From NCBI GenBank assembly GCA_965262725.1, contig OZ253555.1:576001-640000 (forward strand): a stretch of DNA of 64,000 bases, written 5' to 3'. A program made the translations under genes and the position numbers. Positions 30,743-40,324 of the stretch are shown here, in pieces (position 1 is the stretch's first letter; every line of letters begins with the position of its first letter). This DNA comes from Dehalococcoidia bacterium. GTDB lineage: Bacteria > Chloroflexota > Dehalococcoidia > UBA2979. The notes below the pieces were generated by a model. The model had not been told where the DNA came from. It made no database searches and saw only the letters and a list, made by a program, of their open reading frames with translations.

Positions 30743-31329
30743 TGCGCGTCGTGATTCTCGGGCTGATCGGGGCGGGCAAGGGGACGCAGGCGGCGTGCGT
30801 CGCCGAGGAACGCGGCATCGTCCACATCTCGACGGGCGACATGTTCCGCGCGGCGGCGGCTGCGGGGACCGAGCTCGGCCTGCGCGCCCGGGGGCACATG
30901 GAACGCGGCGAGCTGGTGCCCGATGAGGTCACCATCGGCATGCTCCTGGAACGCATCGCCGAGCCCGACGCGGAGGGGGGCTTCATCCTCGATGGCTTCC
31001 CGCGCACGGACGCCCAGGCGGAGGCGCTCTCGCGGGCGCTCAGCGAGCGGGGCCTCGGCGTGGACGTCGTGCCCCGCATCGAGGTGCCGCACGAGGAACT
31101 TCTTGCGCGCATCGCGAAGCGGGCGGAGCTGGAGGGCCGCTCCGACGACCGGCCGGAGGTGGTAGCGGAGCGGGTGAGGCTGCAGCGCGCGGGACTCGAG
31201 GACGTCGCCCGCTTCTACGATTCGCTCGGCGTGCTGGTCGACGTCGACGGCGTCGGATCCGTCGACGAGGTCACGACGCGGCTCAGGGAGGCACTGGATC
31301 AGGTGTCCTCACGCTCGGAAACGGCGTAA
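30742..31329 (+). CDS. adk: Adenylate kinase, short LID type
   Basis: G.GKGTQA, HISTGDMFR, GELVPD, GFILDGFPR, R.DD. Confidence 0.97.
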   Translation: MRVVILGLIGAGKGTQAACVAEERGIVHISTGDMFRAAAAAGTELGLRARGHMERGELVPDEVTIGMLLERIAEPDAEGGFILDGFPRTDAQAEALSRALSERGLGVDVVPRIEVPHEELLARIAKRAELEGRSDDRPEVVAERVRLQRAGLEDVARFYDSLGVLVDVDGVGSVDEVTTRLREALDQVSSRSETA

Positions 31330-31337
31330 CATATCTG

Positions 31338-32099
31338 ATGTCTGTCGTCATCAAGTCCAGTGACGAGCTGGAGCGCATGCGGCAGTCCGGCCGGATCAAC
31401 GCGGAGGTCCGCGCCGCGCTGGTCGATGCGGTGCGGCCTGGCGTCACCGGTCTCGAGCTCGACGCGCTCGCGCGCCGGGAGATCTCGGCGCGGGGGGCGG
31501 TGCCCACGTTCCCGGGCTACGCGCCGGGCGGGCGCCCGCCCTATCCGGGGGCGATCTGCTTCTCCGTGAACGAGGAGCTGGTGCACGGGATCCCGAGTGA
31601 TCGCGTGCTGAGGGAGGGTGACATCGTCAGTATCGATCTCGGTGTCACCTACCGGGGTTTCGTCTCCGATGCCGCCTTCACGGTCGCCGTGGGGGCATCG
31701 AGCGCGGAGGCGGATCGCCTGCTAGACACAACGGAGGCGGCGCTGGAGTCCGGAATCCGGGCGGCGCGCGCGGGAGCGCGCGTCGGCGACATCGCGCACG
31801 CGATCGGATCGTGCGCGAACGGGTACGGCATCATCGCCGAGTACGGCGGGCACGGCGTCGGCCGTCAGATGCACGAGGAGCCGCACGTGCCCAACAAGGG
31901 CCGTCCCGGCCGGGGGCTTCGCCTCAAGCCGGGGATGGTGCTGGCGCTCGAGCCGATGTTCTGCGCGGGCCATCCCGCCACGGTGGAGCTCGCCGATCGG
32001 TGGACCGTCGTGATGCAGGACGGAGGGCTGAGCGCCCACTTTGAGGAGACCGTCGCGATCACCGACGGCGAGCCGGAGGTGTTCACCCGCATCCGCTAG
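31338..32099 (+). CDS. map: Methionine aminopeptidase type I
   Basis: SVNEE.VHGIP, GDIVSID.G, GHGVG..MHEEP, LEPM, SAHFE.T. Confidence 0.98.
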   Translation: MSVVIKSSDELERMRQSGRINAEVRAALVDAVRPGVTGLELDALARREISARGAVPTFPGYAPGGRPPYPGAICFSVNEELVHGIPSDRVLREGDIVSIDLGVTYRGFVSDAAFTVAVGASSAEADRLLDTTEAALESGIRAARAGARVGDIAHAIGSCANGYGIIAEYGGHGVGRQMHEEPHVPNKGRPGRGLRLKPGMVLALEPMFCAGHPATVELADRWTVVMQDGGLSAHFEETVAITDGEPEVFTRIR

Positions 32100-32130
32100 A
32101 GGCGGTGCGGGGGACGCACGAGGGGGAGCT

Positions 32131-32385
32131 GTGGGACGAGGTCGGCGGGCGAAGCCGCAGAAGACGAAGCAGAAGAAGGAGGTCATCGAGGTCGAGGGCG
32201 TGGTGAAGGAGGCGCGGCCGAACGCGATGTTCGACATCGAGCTCGCCAACGGACACCACGTGCTGGCGAGCGTCTCCGGGCGCATGCGGATGCACTACAT
32301 TCGCATCCTGCTCGGCGACCGCGTGCTGGTGGAGCTCTCGCCCTACGATCTCTCGCGCGGGCGGATCACGTACCGATTCCGCTAG
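32131..32385 (+). CDS. infA: Translation initiation factor IF-1
   Basis: IEVEG.V.E..PNAMF, SG.MR..YIRIL.GD.V.VELSPYD. Confidence 0.97.
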   Translation: MGRGRRAKPQKTKQKKEVIEVEGVVKEARPNAMFDIELANGHHVLASVSGRMRMHYIRILLGDRVLVELSPYDLSRGRITYRFR

Positions 32386-32416
32386 AAGACGACCGGCGAC
32401 GGAACGGAGCCCGGGG

Positions 32417-32530
32417 ATGAAGGTATCGGCATCGGTGAGGCGGCGCTGCGACCGTTGCCAGATCATCCGACGACACGGGCGGCTGCGGGTGATCTGCAGC
32501 AATCCGAAGCACAAGCAGCGACAGGGCTAG
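32417..32530 (+). CDS. rpmJ: 50S ribosomal protein L36 (absent from the ORF track)
   Basis: Translates [37 protein letters not shown]. Confidence 0.98.
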   Translation: MKVSASVRRRCDRCQIIRRHGRLRVICSNPKHKQRQG

Positions 32531-32540
32531 GAGCACCCGG

Positions 32541-32921
32541 ATGGCACGAGTCGCCGGCGTCGAGATTCCCGACAACAAGCAAATCTTGTTCTCGCTGCGG
32601 TATGTCTACGGCATCGGCCATACCACGGCGCGGAAGATCCTCGCGCAAGCGCAGATCGACGAGACGACGAAGGTGCGCGATCTGAGCGACGCCGAGCTCG
32701 TGCGCATGCGGGCAATCGTCGAGAACGAGCACACGGTGGAGGGGGACCTGCGCCGCGAGGTGCGGGGCAACATCCAGAGACTGGTCGAGATCAACTGTTA
32801 TCGGGGCAACCGCCACCGTCGGGGTCTGCCCGTGCGCGGCCAGCGCACGAAGACCAACGCGCGGACCAGGCGCGGCGCGCGTCGAACGGTGGCCGGCAGG
32901 CGGCGGGCACCGCGGAAGTAA
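32541..32921 (+). CDS. rpsM: 30S ribosomal protein S13
   Basis: [33 protein letters not shown]. Confidence 0.99.
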   Translation: MARVAGVEIPDNKQILFSLRYVYGIGHTTARKILAQAQIDETTKVRDLSDAELVRMRAIVENEHTVEGDLRREVRGNIQRLVEINCYRGNRHRRGLPVRGQRTKTNARTRRGARRTVAGRRRAPRK

Positions 32922-32972
32922 CGCGGCGCGGGGCGGCCGAGCGGCGGCCGCCCGCGAGCGAGGGGGATATGC

Positions 32973-33365
32973 GTGGGACGAGGGCGAGCCACCCGTGTGC
33001 GCAGGCGCGAGCGCAAGAACGTGCCGCGCGGACGCGCCTACATCGCGTCGACGTTCAACAACACCGTGATCACCCTGACCGATCCGAACGGCAACGTGAT
33101 CGCCTGGGGGAGCGGTGGCACGGCCGGCTTCACCGGCTCCCGCAAGAGCACGCCGTACGCGGCCCAGCTCGCCGCCGAGGGCGCCGCCCAGAGGGCGACG
33201 GAGCACGGCATGCGTGAGGTCGAAGTCTTCGTGAAGGGTCCGGGCTCGGGGCGCGAGGCGGCCATCCGCGCGCTGCAGGCCTCCGGGGTGCGCGTGGCCG
33301 CGATCCGCGACGTGACGCCCATCCCGCACAACGGATGCCGCGCGAGGCGCCGCCCGCGGAAGTAG
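32973..33365 (+). CDS. rpsK: 30S ribosomal protein S11
   Basis: [33 protein letters not shown]. Confidence 0.99.
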   Translation: MGRGRATRVRRRERKNVPRGRAYIASTFNNTVITLTDPNGNVIAWGSGGTAGFTGSRKSTPYAAQLAAEGAAQRATEHGMREVEVFVKGPGSGREAAIRALQASGVRVAAIRDVTPIPHNGCRARRRPRK

Positions 33366-33423
33366 GAGAAAAGATCTCGCCCCGGGCGCCCGCGAGGGCC
33401 GGGGCGGAAGACTCGGGGGTCGT

Positions 33424-34032
33424 ATGGCGCGTTATCGGGGTCCGAAGTGTCGCAAGTGTCGCCGCTACGGCGCGTCGATCTGCGGATCGGCGCGCTGCGC
33501 CCTCACGAGGCGCTCCTACCCTCCGGGGCCCCGTCCGGCGCGCCGGCGGAAGGTCTCCGACCGGGGGCTCCAGCTGATCGAGAAGCAGAAGGTCCGCTTC
33601 GCCTACGGCGTCATGGAGAAGCAGTTCCGCCGCTACTACCTCCACGCCGTCGGGCGCCCGGGCCCGACGGGCGAGGAGTTGATGCGCCAGCTCGAGGAGC
33701 GCCTCGACAATGTCGTCTACAGAATGGGTCTCGGCAGCACCCGCGCGCAGGCGCGCCAGCTCGTCACGCACGGACACGTGGCGGTCAACGGGCGCAAGCT
33801 CGATATTCCGAGCGCGCGGGTGCACGTGGGCTGGCAGGTGGGACTGACGTCGCGCGGCGCGGGCACGGAGTACGCGAAGATCGTCACGGAGGAGATCCGC
33901 GGTCGGGAGGTCCCCGGCTGGCTGGAGGTTGACCGCGAGCAGCTCACGGGGCGCGTCGCCGCGGAGCCGGGGCCCGGCGACATCGATCCCCACTTCAACC
34001 CCAGCGCGATTGTCGAGTACTACTCACGGTGA
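33424..34032 (+). CDS. rpsD: 30S ribosomal protein S4
   Basis: MARY.GP, QL.EKQK, RLDNVVYR.G, ARQLV.HGH, VEYYSR. Confidence 0.99.
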   Translation: MARYRGPKCRKCRRYGASICGSARCALTRRSYPPGPRPARRRKVSDRGLQLIEKQKVRFAYGVMEKQFRRYYLHAVGRPGPTGEELMRQLEERLDNVVYRMGLGSTRAQARQLVTHGHVAVNGRKLDIPSARVHVGWQVGLTSRGAGTEYAKIVTEEIRGREVPGWLEVDREQLTGRVAAEPGPGDIDPHFNPSAIVEYYSR

Positions 34033-34102
34033 TGAGTGGCGCCCCGCAGGGGCGCGCATGTGGGGCCGCGGTGTGGCGGTCGTTCACGCGGAGAGGTGCT
34101 GA

Positions 34103-35203
34103 GTGGCTCACGACCTGTTGATTCCCGAGATCCGCGTCGAGGTGGAAGAGGACGACTACGCGCGCATCGTGGCCGAGCCTCTGGAACCGGGTTTCGGTAC
34201 GACGCTGGGCAATTCGCTGCGGCGGATCCTGCTCTCGTCGCTCCCCGGAGCCGCCATCACGTCCGTGCGCATCGAGGGCGTCGAACATGAGTTCTCGACG
34301 CTCGAGCATATGAAGGAGGACGTCACGGAGTTCCTCCTGAACCTCAAGAGCGTGAGGCTGCGCGCCTACGCGGATCGACCCGCGCGCCTCTTCCTTGAGT
34401 CCTCGGGGGAGAGCGAGATCACGGCCGGCATGATCCAATGCACAGCCGACTATGAGGTCGTCAACCCCGACCTCCACCTCGCCTCGCTCGACGATGCGAG
34501 CGCGTCGGTGGTGGTCGACATAAATGCTGAGACGGGACGCGGCTTTGTGCCGGCCACGGTCTCGGAGGATCTGGTGATCGGCGTGATTCCGGTGGATGCG
34601 ATCTTCACGCCCGTCAAGCGCGTCAACTACAACGTGTCGCACACGCGCGTCGGGCAGGCGACGAACTACGATCGCCTCGACCTCGAGGTCTGGACGGACG
34701 GCTCCGTCAGAGGGGAGGATGCCGTCGCGCTCGCGGCCGAGATCCTCCGCGAGCAGATGCTGCCGTTCCACCGTCTCGGGAGGCCCGACGCCGTCGGGCT
34801 CACGTCCGGCGAGCCCGAGCGCCCCCGAGAGGGCTACGACACTCCCGTCGAGTCGCTCGGGCTCTCGGTTCGCGCCTTCAATTGCCTGAAGCGCTCCGGC
34901 CTGACGACGGTCGGGGCGGTGCTCGAGAAGTCGGAGGAGGAGCTGCTGGCGCTCCGCAACTTCGGCGACAAGTCGTACGAGGAGCTGCGCGACAGGCTCG
35001 TCGAGCGCGGTTTCTCGCCCCCGCGGTCGGAGGCGCGCCGCGTGGTTGCGGAGGCGGCCGCGGCCTCCGAGCCCGCGGCTCCTGCCGACGAGGACGGCGC
35101 GCCGGATCTCGACGAGACTGACGCCGACGGCGTGAGCGTCTTCGGCCGCGCGCTGATCGAGGCGCTGCGCGAGGCGGGCGCCGACGGCGGGGAGCGCGGA
35201 TAA
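34103..35203 (+). CDS. rpoA: RNA polymerase alpha subunit
   Basis: EPLE.GFG.TLGNSLRR.LLSS, HEFST, LSVRAFNCLKR, RNFG.KS. Confidence 0.99.
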   Translation: MAHDLLIPEIRVEVEEDDYARIVAEPLEPGFGTTLGNSLRRILLSSLPGAAITSVRIEGVEHEFSTLEHMKEDVTEFLLNLKSVRLRAYADRPARLFLESSGESEITAGMIQCTADYEVVNPDLHLASLDDASASVVVDINAETGRGFVPATVSEDLVIGVIPVDAIFTPVKRVNYNVSHTRVGQATNYDRLDLEVWTDGSVRGEDAVALAAEILREQMLPFHRLGRPDAVGLTSGEPERPREGYDTPVESLGLSVRAFNCLKRSGLTTVGAVLEKSEEELLALRNFGDKSYEELRDRLVERGFSPPRSEARRVVAEAAAASEPAAPADEDGAPDLDETDADGVSVFGRALIEALREAGADGGERG

Positions 35204-35247
35204 TGCGCCCCCGGGCGGACGCCCCCCGGGCTAGGTGAGGAGCGGGC

Positions 35248-35598
35248 ATGCGGCATCGGGTGAGCGGTCGACGGTTCGACATGCCTACCGCGCAGCGGAT
35301 GGCGATGTTCCGGAACCTGACCACGGACGTCCTGCGGCATGGCGCGGTGGAGACGACACAGGCGCGCGCGAAGGAGACGCGGCGCTTCGTCGATCGCATG
35401 ATCACCCTCGGCAAGCGCGGGACGCTGCACGCGAGGCGACAGGCACTCGCCTTCATCTACGACCCGGAGGTTGTCGCGGCGCTCTTCGATGAGATCGCCC
35501 CGCGCTACCAGGAGCGCCCCGGCGGGTACACGCGCGTGACGACCCTCGGCCGGCGCCACGGCGACGCGTCGCTGATGGCCCGGCTGGAGCTCGTCTGA
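35248..35598 (+). CDS. rplQ: 50S ribosomal protein L17
   Basis: MRHR, TT..RAKE, RPGGYTR, GDA. Confidence 0.99.
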   Translation: MRHRVSGRRFDMPTAQRMAMFRNLTTDVLRHGAVETTQARAKETRRFVDRMITLGKRGTLHARRQALAFIYDPEVVAALFDEIAPRYQERPGGYTRVTTLGRRHGDASLMARLELV

Positions 35599-35616
35599 GG
35601 ACGGAAGCAGAACCCG

Positions 35617-36444
35617 GTGGTGCCGGCTGGCCGGCGCTACGCGCTGCTGCTGGAGTACGACGGGACGGACTTTGCGGGATCGCAGCTGCAGCGCGGGGCC
35701 CGCACCGTGCAAGGAGAGGTGGAGGAGGCGGCTCGACGGTTCTCCGGGACTCTGGTGCGCGTGGCCTTCGCCGGGCGCACGGACTCCGGCGTGCACGCGG
35801 CGGGCCAGGTCGCGGCCCTGACGCTCCCCGGCACACACTCGCCGGAGACCGTCCGGGACGCGCTCAACCACTACCTCACGGAGGACGTGGCGGTGCGCGC
35901 CGCCGGCCTTGCGGGAGAGCGGTTCGATCCGAGGCGGGAGGCTCTGGGGAGGGTCTACCGCTATCGGCTGGTGGATGGGAGGCCGCGGTCGCCGCTCGGG
36001 CGGCGGTGGGCCTGGGAGCGCCGCGCGACACTCGATGGGTGCGCGATGGCGGAGGCGACGGCGCTGTGGCCGCGGGAGCCGACGGACTGGGCGGCCTATG
36101 CCGGACCGGTGCCGGCGGGCTATCCGACCGTCCGCACGCTGCGCCGCTGTGAGGTGCGCCGTCGGGGCGTCGGACGCCTCGACGTGACGGTGGAGGCGGA
36201 CGGCTTTCTTCCCCGCCAGGTGCGCCGCATGGTCGGCGTGCTGGAGCGGGTGGGGTCGGGGCGAGAAGCGATCGGGTCGCCCGCAGCGCTGCTCGGGGCG
36301 GGGGCGGGAAGCGCCGGTCCGACGGCGCCGGCCCGCGGACTGGAGCTGTTACGGGTGCGGTACGCGCCGGAGACGGTGGATTGGGAGCCGGGGATCCCCG
36401 ATGGCGGGGACCGGGGAGCCGGGATGTGCGATGACGACGACTAA
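35617..36444 (+). CDS. truA: tRNA pseudouridine(38-40) synthase
   Basis: YDGTDF.G.Q, AGRTDSGVHA.GQ, TAP..GL.L..V.Y. Confidence 0.96.
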   Translation: MVPAGRRYALLLEYDGTDFAGSQLQRGARTVQGEVEEAARRFSGTLVRVAFAGRTDSGVHAAGQVAALTLPGTHSPETVRDALNHYLTEDVAVRAAGLAGERFDPRREALGRVYRYRLVDGRPRSPLGRRWAWERRATLDGCAMAEATALWPREPTDWAAYAGPVPAGYPTVRTLRRCEVRRRGVGRLDVTVEADGFLPRQVRRMVGVLERVGSGREAIGSPAALLGAGAGSAGPTAPARGLELLRVRYAPETVDWEPGIPDGGDRGAGMCDDDD

Positions 36445-37231
36445 GACCTACCGCCTGCGGGGCAGCGAGATGCAGCGTGCCTGGCACGTCCTCGATGCTG
36501 ATTCGCGTCCGCTCGGCCGTCTCGCCTCGGAGGCGGCGTCGCTCTTGCTCGGCAAGCACAAGCCCGCCTACGAGCCCCATCTCGCGATGGGCGACTTCGT
36601 CGTCGTCGTCAACGCCGCGCGCGTCGCGGTGACGGGAGAGAAGTCGCGCCAGAAGGTCTACTACCGCCACTCGGGCTACCCGGGCGGTCTGCGCGAGCGC
36701 ACGCTCGAACAGCAGCTCGCGCGCGATCCGCGCACCGTCATCGAGCGTGCCGTGCGCGGGATGCTGCCGCACAACTCCCGGGGCCGCGAGCTCTTCCGCC
36801 ATCTCAAGGTGTACGCCGGAGCGGAGCACCCGCACGAGGCGCAGCTCGCCGCGGGAACGGGCGCGCGATCCCGCCGCCGCCGGAACCGGGTCGACGCCGC
36901 GCTGATCCAGGGTGATGGCGCGGCCGAGCCGATGACCGTCGCGGTGGCGGATCCGGTCGCTCCCGGGACCGAGCCGGCTCCCGAACCGGCGGCAGATCCG
37001 AGGGCTTCTGCTCCGGCGGTCGCGGGCGATGAGGGCCCCGCCGAGGCCCCGTCCGAGGCGGCCGCGGCCCGACCGTCGGGCCCGCTGAGCCGCTGGACGC
37101 GTGCTCAGCTCGACGCCGAGGCGACACGCCTCGGCGTCGTGATCGAAACAGGTTGGACGAAGCCGGATGTGATCGCCGCCATTCGCGCGCACGGCGCGTC
37201 GGAGGCCGGCGCGCAAGAACAGGACGGGTAA
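36431..37231 (+). CDS. rplM: 50S ribosomal protein L13 with C-terminal linker and extra small helical domain
   Basis: W...DA....GRLAS, GKHKP, GD.VVV.NA, HSGYPGGL, GMLP; about 115-aa extension. Confidence 0.98.
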   Translation: MTTTKTYRLRGSEMQRAWHVLDADSRPLGRLASEAASLLLGKHKPAYEPHLAMGDFVVVVNAARVAVTGEKSRQKVYYRHSGYPGGLRERTLEQQLARDPRTVIERAVRGMLPHNSRGRELFRHLKVYAGAEHPHEAQLAAGTGARSRRRRNRVDAALIQGDGAAEPMTVAVADPVAPGTEPAPEPAADPRASAPAVAGDEGPAEAPSEAAAARPSGPLSRWTRAQLDAEATRLGVVIETGWTKPDVIAAIRAHGASEAGAQEQDG

Positions 37232-37234
37232 CCA

Positions 37235-37639
37235 ATGACCACTGATCAGCAACAGCACTACTACTACGGACTCGGCCGGCGGAAGAGTTCGATCGCGCGG
37301 GTGCGGCTCTACCCCGGCGCCGGAGCGGTCGTCGTCAACGGCCGGCCGGTCGAGGATGTGATCCCGCGCGCCTCGCTCAGGCAGGAAATGCTGCGTCCCC
37401 TCGCCGTGACGGGCGCCCTCGGCCGCTTCAACGTGCAGGTCAAGGCGACCGGGGGCGGCGTCTCCGGCTGGGCCGGCGCCATTCGCCACGGCATCGCACG
37501 GGCGCTGCTCGTCGTCGACGAGAGCAACCGCCGGCCGCTGCGGACCCAGGGGCTGCTCACGCGCGACCCACGCGTGAAGGAGCGCAAGAAGCCCGGTCTC
37601 AAGCGGGCGCGCAAGGCTCCCCAGTACACCAAGCGCTAG
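37235..37639 (+). CDS. rpsI: 30S ribosomal protein S9
   Basis: GRRKSS.ARV, GGG.SG, LTRDPR.KERKK.G, Q.TKR. Confidence 0.99.
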   Translation: MTTDQQQHYYYGLGRRKSSIARVRLYPGAGAVVVNGRPVEDVIPRASLRQEMLRPLAVTGALGRFNVQVKATGGGVSGWAGAIRHGIARALLVVDESNRRPLRTQGLLTRDPRVKERKKPGLKRARKAPQYTKR

Positions 37640-37690
37640 CGGCCAGGCTACCGACAGACACCTGTCGCTACGACTCGGTGATACGACACA

Positions 37691-39124
37691 CTAGGCGGTG
37701 ATGCCGGCGAGTTCACGTCCGGCGCGAAGCGCCGCCTGCACCTGCTCCCGCGAGGGCATCTCCGCGTAGATGCGCAGCAGCGGCTCGGTCCCACTGAAGC
37801 GTATCAGGAGCCACCAGCCCCCCTCGAGCTGGAAGCGATAGCCGTCGAGGGAGTCGATGGCGTCGACCGCGAGGCCGGCGATCTCGCGCGGCTCCGCGGA
37901 GGCGACGCGCGATCGGATCGCCTCCCTGTCCTCGCTCCGGACCACGATGTCCACGCGGTCGTACTCGTGCGGGCCGAGGTCGGCGCGGAGCCCGTCGAGG
38001 AGCTCCGACGGCGTCGTGCCGGTGCGCACCATGTAGTCGAGGAGCATCAGCCCCGAGAGCACGCCGTCTCGCTCCGGGATGTGGCCCCGGAACGCGTACC
38101 CACCGGACTCCTCCCCCGCGATCAAAGCGTCCGTCTCCATCATGCGCGGGCCGAGGAAGCGGAAGCCGACCTGCGTCTCGTGGACGGGGCAGCCGTAGGT
38201 CTCGCCGAGGCGGTCCACCATGCGCGACATCGTGACCGAGCGGACGATGGGCCCGCGCTCCCCGCGCTCGGCGAGGAGATAGCGCGTGAGCAGCGCGAAG
38301 GCCTGATGCTGCGTGACGTAACGCCCGTGCTCGTCGATGAGCCCGAAGCGATCGCCGTCGCCGTCGGTGGCGAGGCCGACGCCGTAGCCGCCGTGAGCGA
38401 TCATCGTCATCGGCTCGCCGAGGTTCGATGCGATCGGCTCGGGTGCACGCAACCCGGGGAACGCCGGATTGGGCGCCCCGTGGATTTCGGTGATCCGGGT
38501 GGATGCGCCCGACCCGATCGCGGCGGCGATCCAGCCGGCCGCGGCGCCGTACATTGAGTCGACGAGCACCGAGATCCCCGCGCTGCGGATGGCCTCGATG
38601 TCGACGAAGGAACGTACCGCCTCGAGGTAGGATGTCCGTCCATCGATGCGCCGGATCGCGCCCCGCGCCTCGGCCTCCCCGGCGTCGACCCGCAGCACGC
38701 GCCCTTGGGCGCGGATGGCGGGCACGGCCTGCTCGATCTCATCCGTCACCGCGGGCACGGCGGCGCCGCCGTACGCCGGCTTCACCTTGAAGCCGTTCCA
38801 CCGCGCCGGGTTGTGGCTCGCGGTGATCATGATGCCCGAGCCGGCACCGCGCTCAATCACGGCGAAGGAGAGCGCGGGGGTGGGGAGCGGAGCGTCGGAG
38901 AGGGCCACGCGGATTCCGTTTCCGGCCATCACCTCCGCGGCGGCGGCCGCAAAGGAGTCGGAGAGGAACCGCGTGTCGTAGCCGATCACGATCTCGCGGT
39001 CGGCGAGATCGTGGCCCCTGAGGTACTCGGCGGTCGCCTGCGTGAGGACGCGCACGTTGTCGAAGGTGTAGTCCTCGCCGATCACGGCGCGCCAGCCGTC
39101 CGTTCCGAAGCGGATGTCGCTCAT
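37691..39124 (-). CDS. Phosphoglucomutase/phosphomannomutase
   Basis: FGTDGWR, TASHNP, DGDGDR, GEESGG, R.SGTEP. Confidence 0.96.
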   Translation of the reverse strand: MSDIRFGTDGWRAVIGEDYTFDNVRVLTQATAEYLRGHDLADREIVIGYDTRFLSDSFAAAAAEVMAGNGIRVALSDAPLPTPALSFAVIERGAGSGIMITASHNPARWNGFKVKPAYGGAAVPAVTDEIEQAVPAIRAQGRVLRVDAGEAEARGAIRRIDGRTSYLEAVRSFVDIEAIRSAGISVLVDSMYGAAAGWIAAAIGSGASTRITEIHGAPNPAFPGLRAPEPIASNLGEPMTMIAHGGYGVGLATDGDGDRFGLIDEHGRYVTQHQAFALLTRYLLAERGERGPIVRSVTMSRMVDRLGETYGCPVHETQVGFRFLGPRMMETDALIAGEESGGYAFRGHIPERDGVLSGLMLLDYMVRTGTTPSELLDGLRADLGPHEYDRVDIVVRSEDREAIRSRVASAEPREIAGLAVDAIDSLDGYRFQLEGGWWLLIRFSGTEPLLRIYAEMPSREQVQAALRAGRELAGITA

Positions 39125-40242
39125 CTCGTCCCGCCGGTCCTCTCCGCGTCCCCGAAGGTGGCGCCTGGCTCGATCGCGGCACCGCGGGGAACGGTGGCGC
39201 CGGGCGGGATCCGCGCCCCATGCGCGACGACGGCGTCGTGGACCACCGCGCCCGCGCCGACGACCGCGCCTGAGGCAAGCACGCTCCCCTCCACGCGCGC
39301 TCCCTCCCCGATGGTCACGTCGTCCCAGAGGACGGATCGCGTCACGCGCGCTCCCTCCCCGATGCTACAGCGCGGGCCGACCACGGCCGGCCCGCTCACG
39401 CGTGCGCCCTCCGCGAGCCGGCTCCCCGCGCCGATGAGGACGGGTTCCTCCCCCTCCGCCGCCGTCGCGAGATCGCCGCGTCCGTCGTCGCCCGTTCGGA
39501 CGAGGTCGAGGTTCGCGCTCAGGTAGGCGCGCGGCGTGCCCACATCCGTCCAGTAGCCCTCGTGCGGCACGCCGAGGAGGGCGCGGCCGGCGTCGGCCAG
39601 GGAGGGGAAGAGGTCCTCCTCCACACGGTGGAAGCGATCGGAATCCATCTCGTCGAGCAGCGCGGGGTCGAAGATCCACATCCCGGCGTTGATCCAGTGC
39701 GAGGGCGCGCTCCCCGGCGGAGGCTTCTCCACGAAGCGCTCGATCAGCGCGGGGCCCCGGGCCCCCCGGTCGGCCCCCCTGCCCCGGAGCACGGCGACGC
39801 CGAAGGGCGAGGGATCCTCGACGGAGACCAGCCCGATCGAGAGCTCGGCGCGCCGCGCGCGGTGTGCCGCGGCCATCGCCCCGATGTCGAAGTCCGTCAG
39901 GATGTCGCCGTTCAGCACGAGGAAGGGCTCGCTCGACAGGGTTCCCTCGTCGCGCCAGCCACGGGCGACGCGCGCGATCGCGCCTCCCGAGCCGAGCGGC
40001 GTCTCCTCGTAGGCGTAGCCGAGCTCGACGCCGAGCGCGGAGCCGCTTCCGAGCGCCTCGCGCATCGATTCGGTTCGGTGCGTCATGGCCAGCGTGACGC
40101 GCCGCACGCCGTGACGGTGGAGATGGCGCAGCAGATGCTCGAGGAGGGGGCGGTTGGCGATGGGCACCAGCTGCTTCGGTGTACGCCACGTGAGCGGTCG
40201 CAACCGCGTGCCCTCGCCACCGACGAGAACGATTGCGCGCAT
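39121..40242 (-). CDS. NDP-sugar synthase (mannose-1-phosphate guanylyltransferase-like) with left-handed beta-helix
   Basis: LVGGEGTRLRPLT...PK, E.TPLGSGG, NGD, F.EKP, W.DVGTP; hexapeptide repeats. Confidence 0.93.
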   Translation of the reverse strand: MRAIVLVGGEGTRLRPLTWRTPKQLVPIANRPLLEHLLRHLHRHGVRRVTLAMTHRTESMREALGSGSALGVELGYAYEETPLGSGGAIARVARGWRDEGTLSSEPFLVLNGDILTDFDIGAMAAAHRARRAELSIGLVSVEDPSPFGVAVLRGRGADRGARGPALIERFVEKPPPGSAPSHWINAGMWIFDPALLDEMDSDRFHRVEEDLFPSLADAGRALLGVPHEGYWTDVGTPRAYLSANLDLVRTGDDGRGDLATAAEGEEPVLIGAGSRLAEGARVSGPAVVGPRCSIGEGARVTRSVLWDDVTIGEGARVEGSVLASGAVVGAGAVVHDAVVAHGARIPPGATVPRGAAIEPGATFGDAERTGGTR

Positions 40243-40324
40243 CGAGGGGATCGTAGGGCAGCGCCCGGGACCGAACAACCGGGACGCCCCCGGGGTCACC
40301 CCGGGGGCGCCGCGAGCGAGCGGG

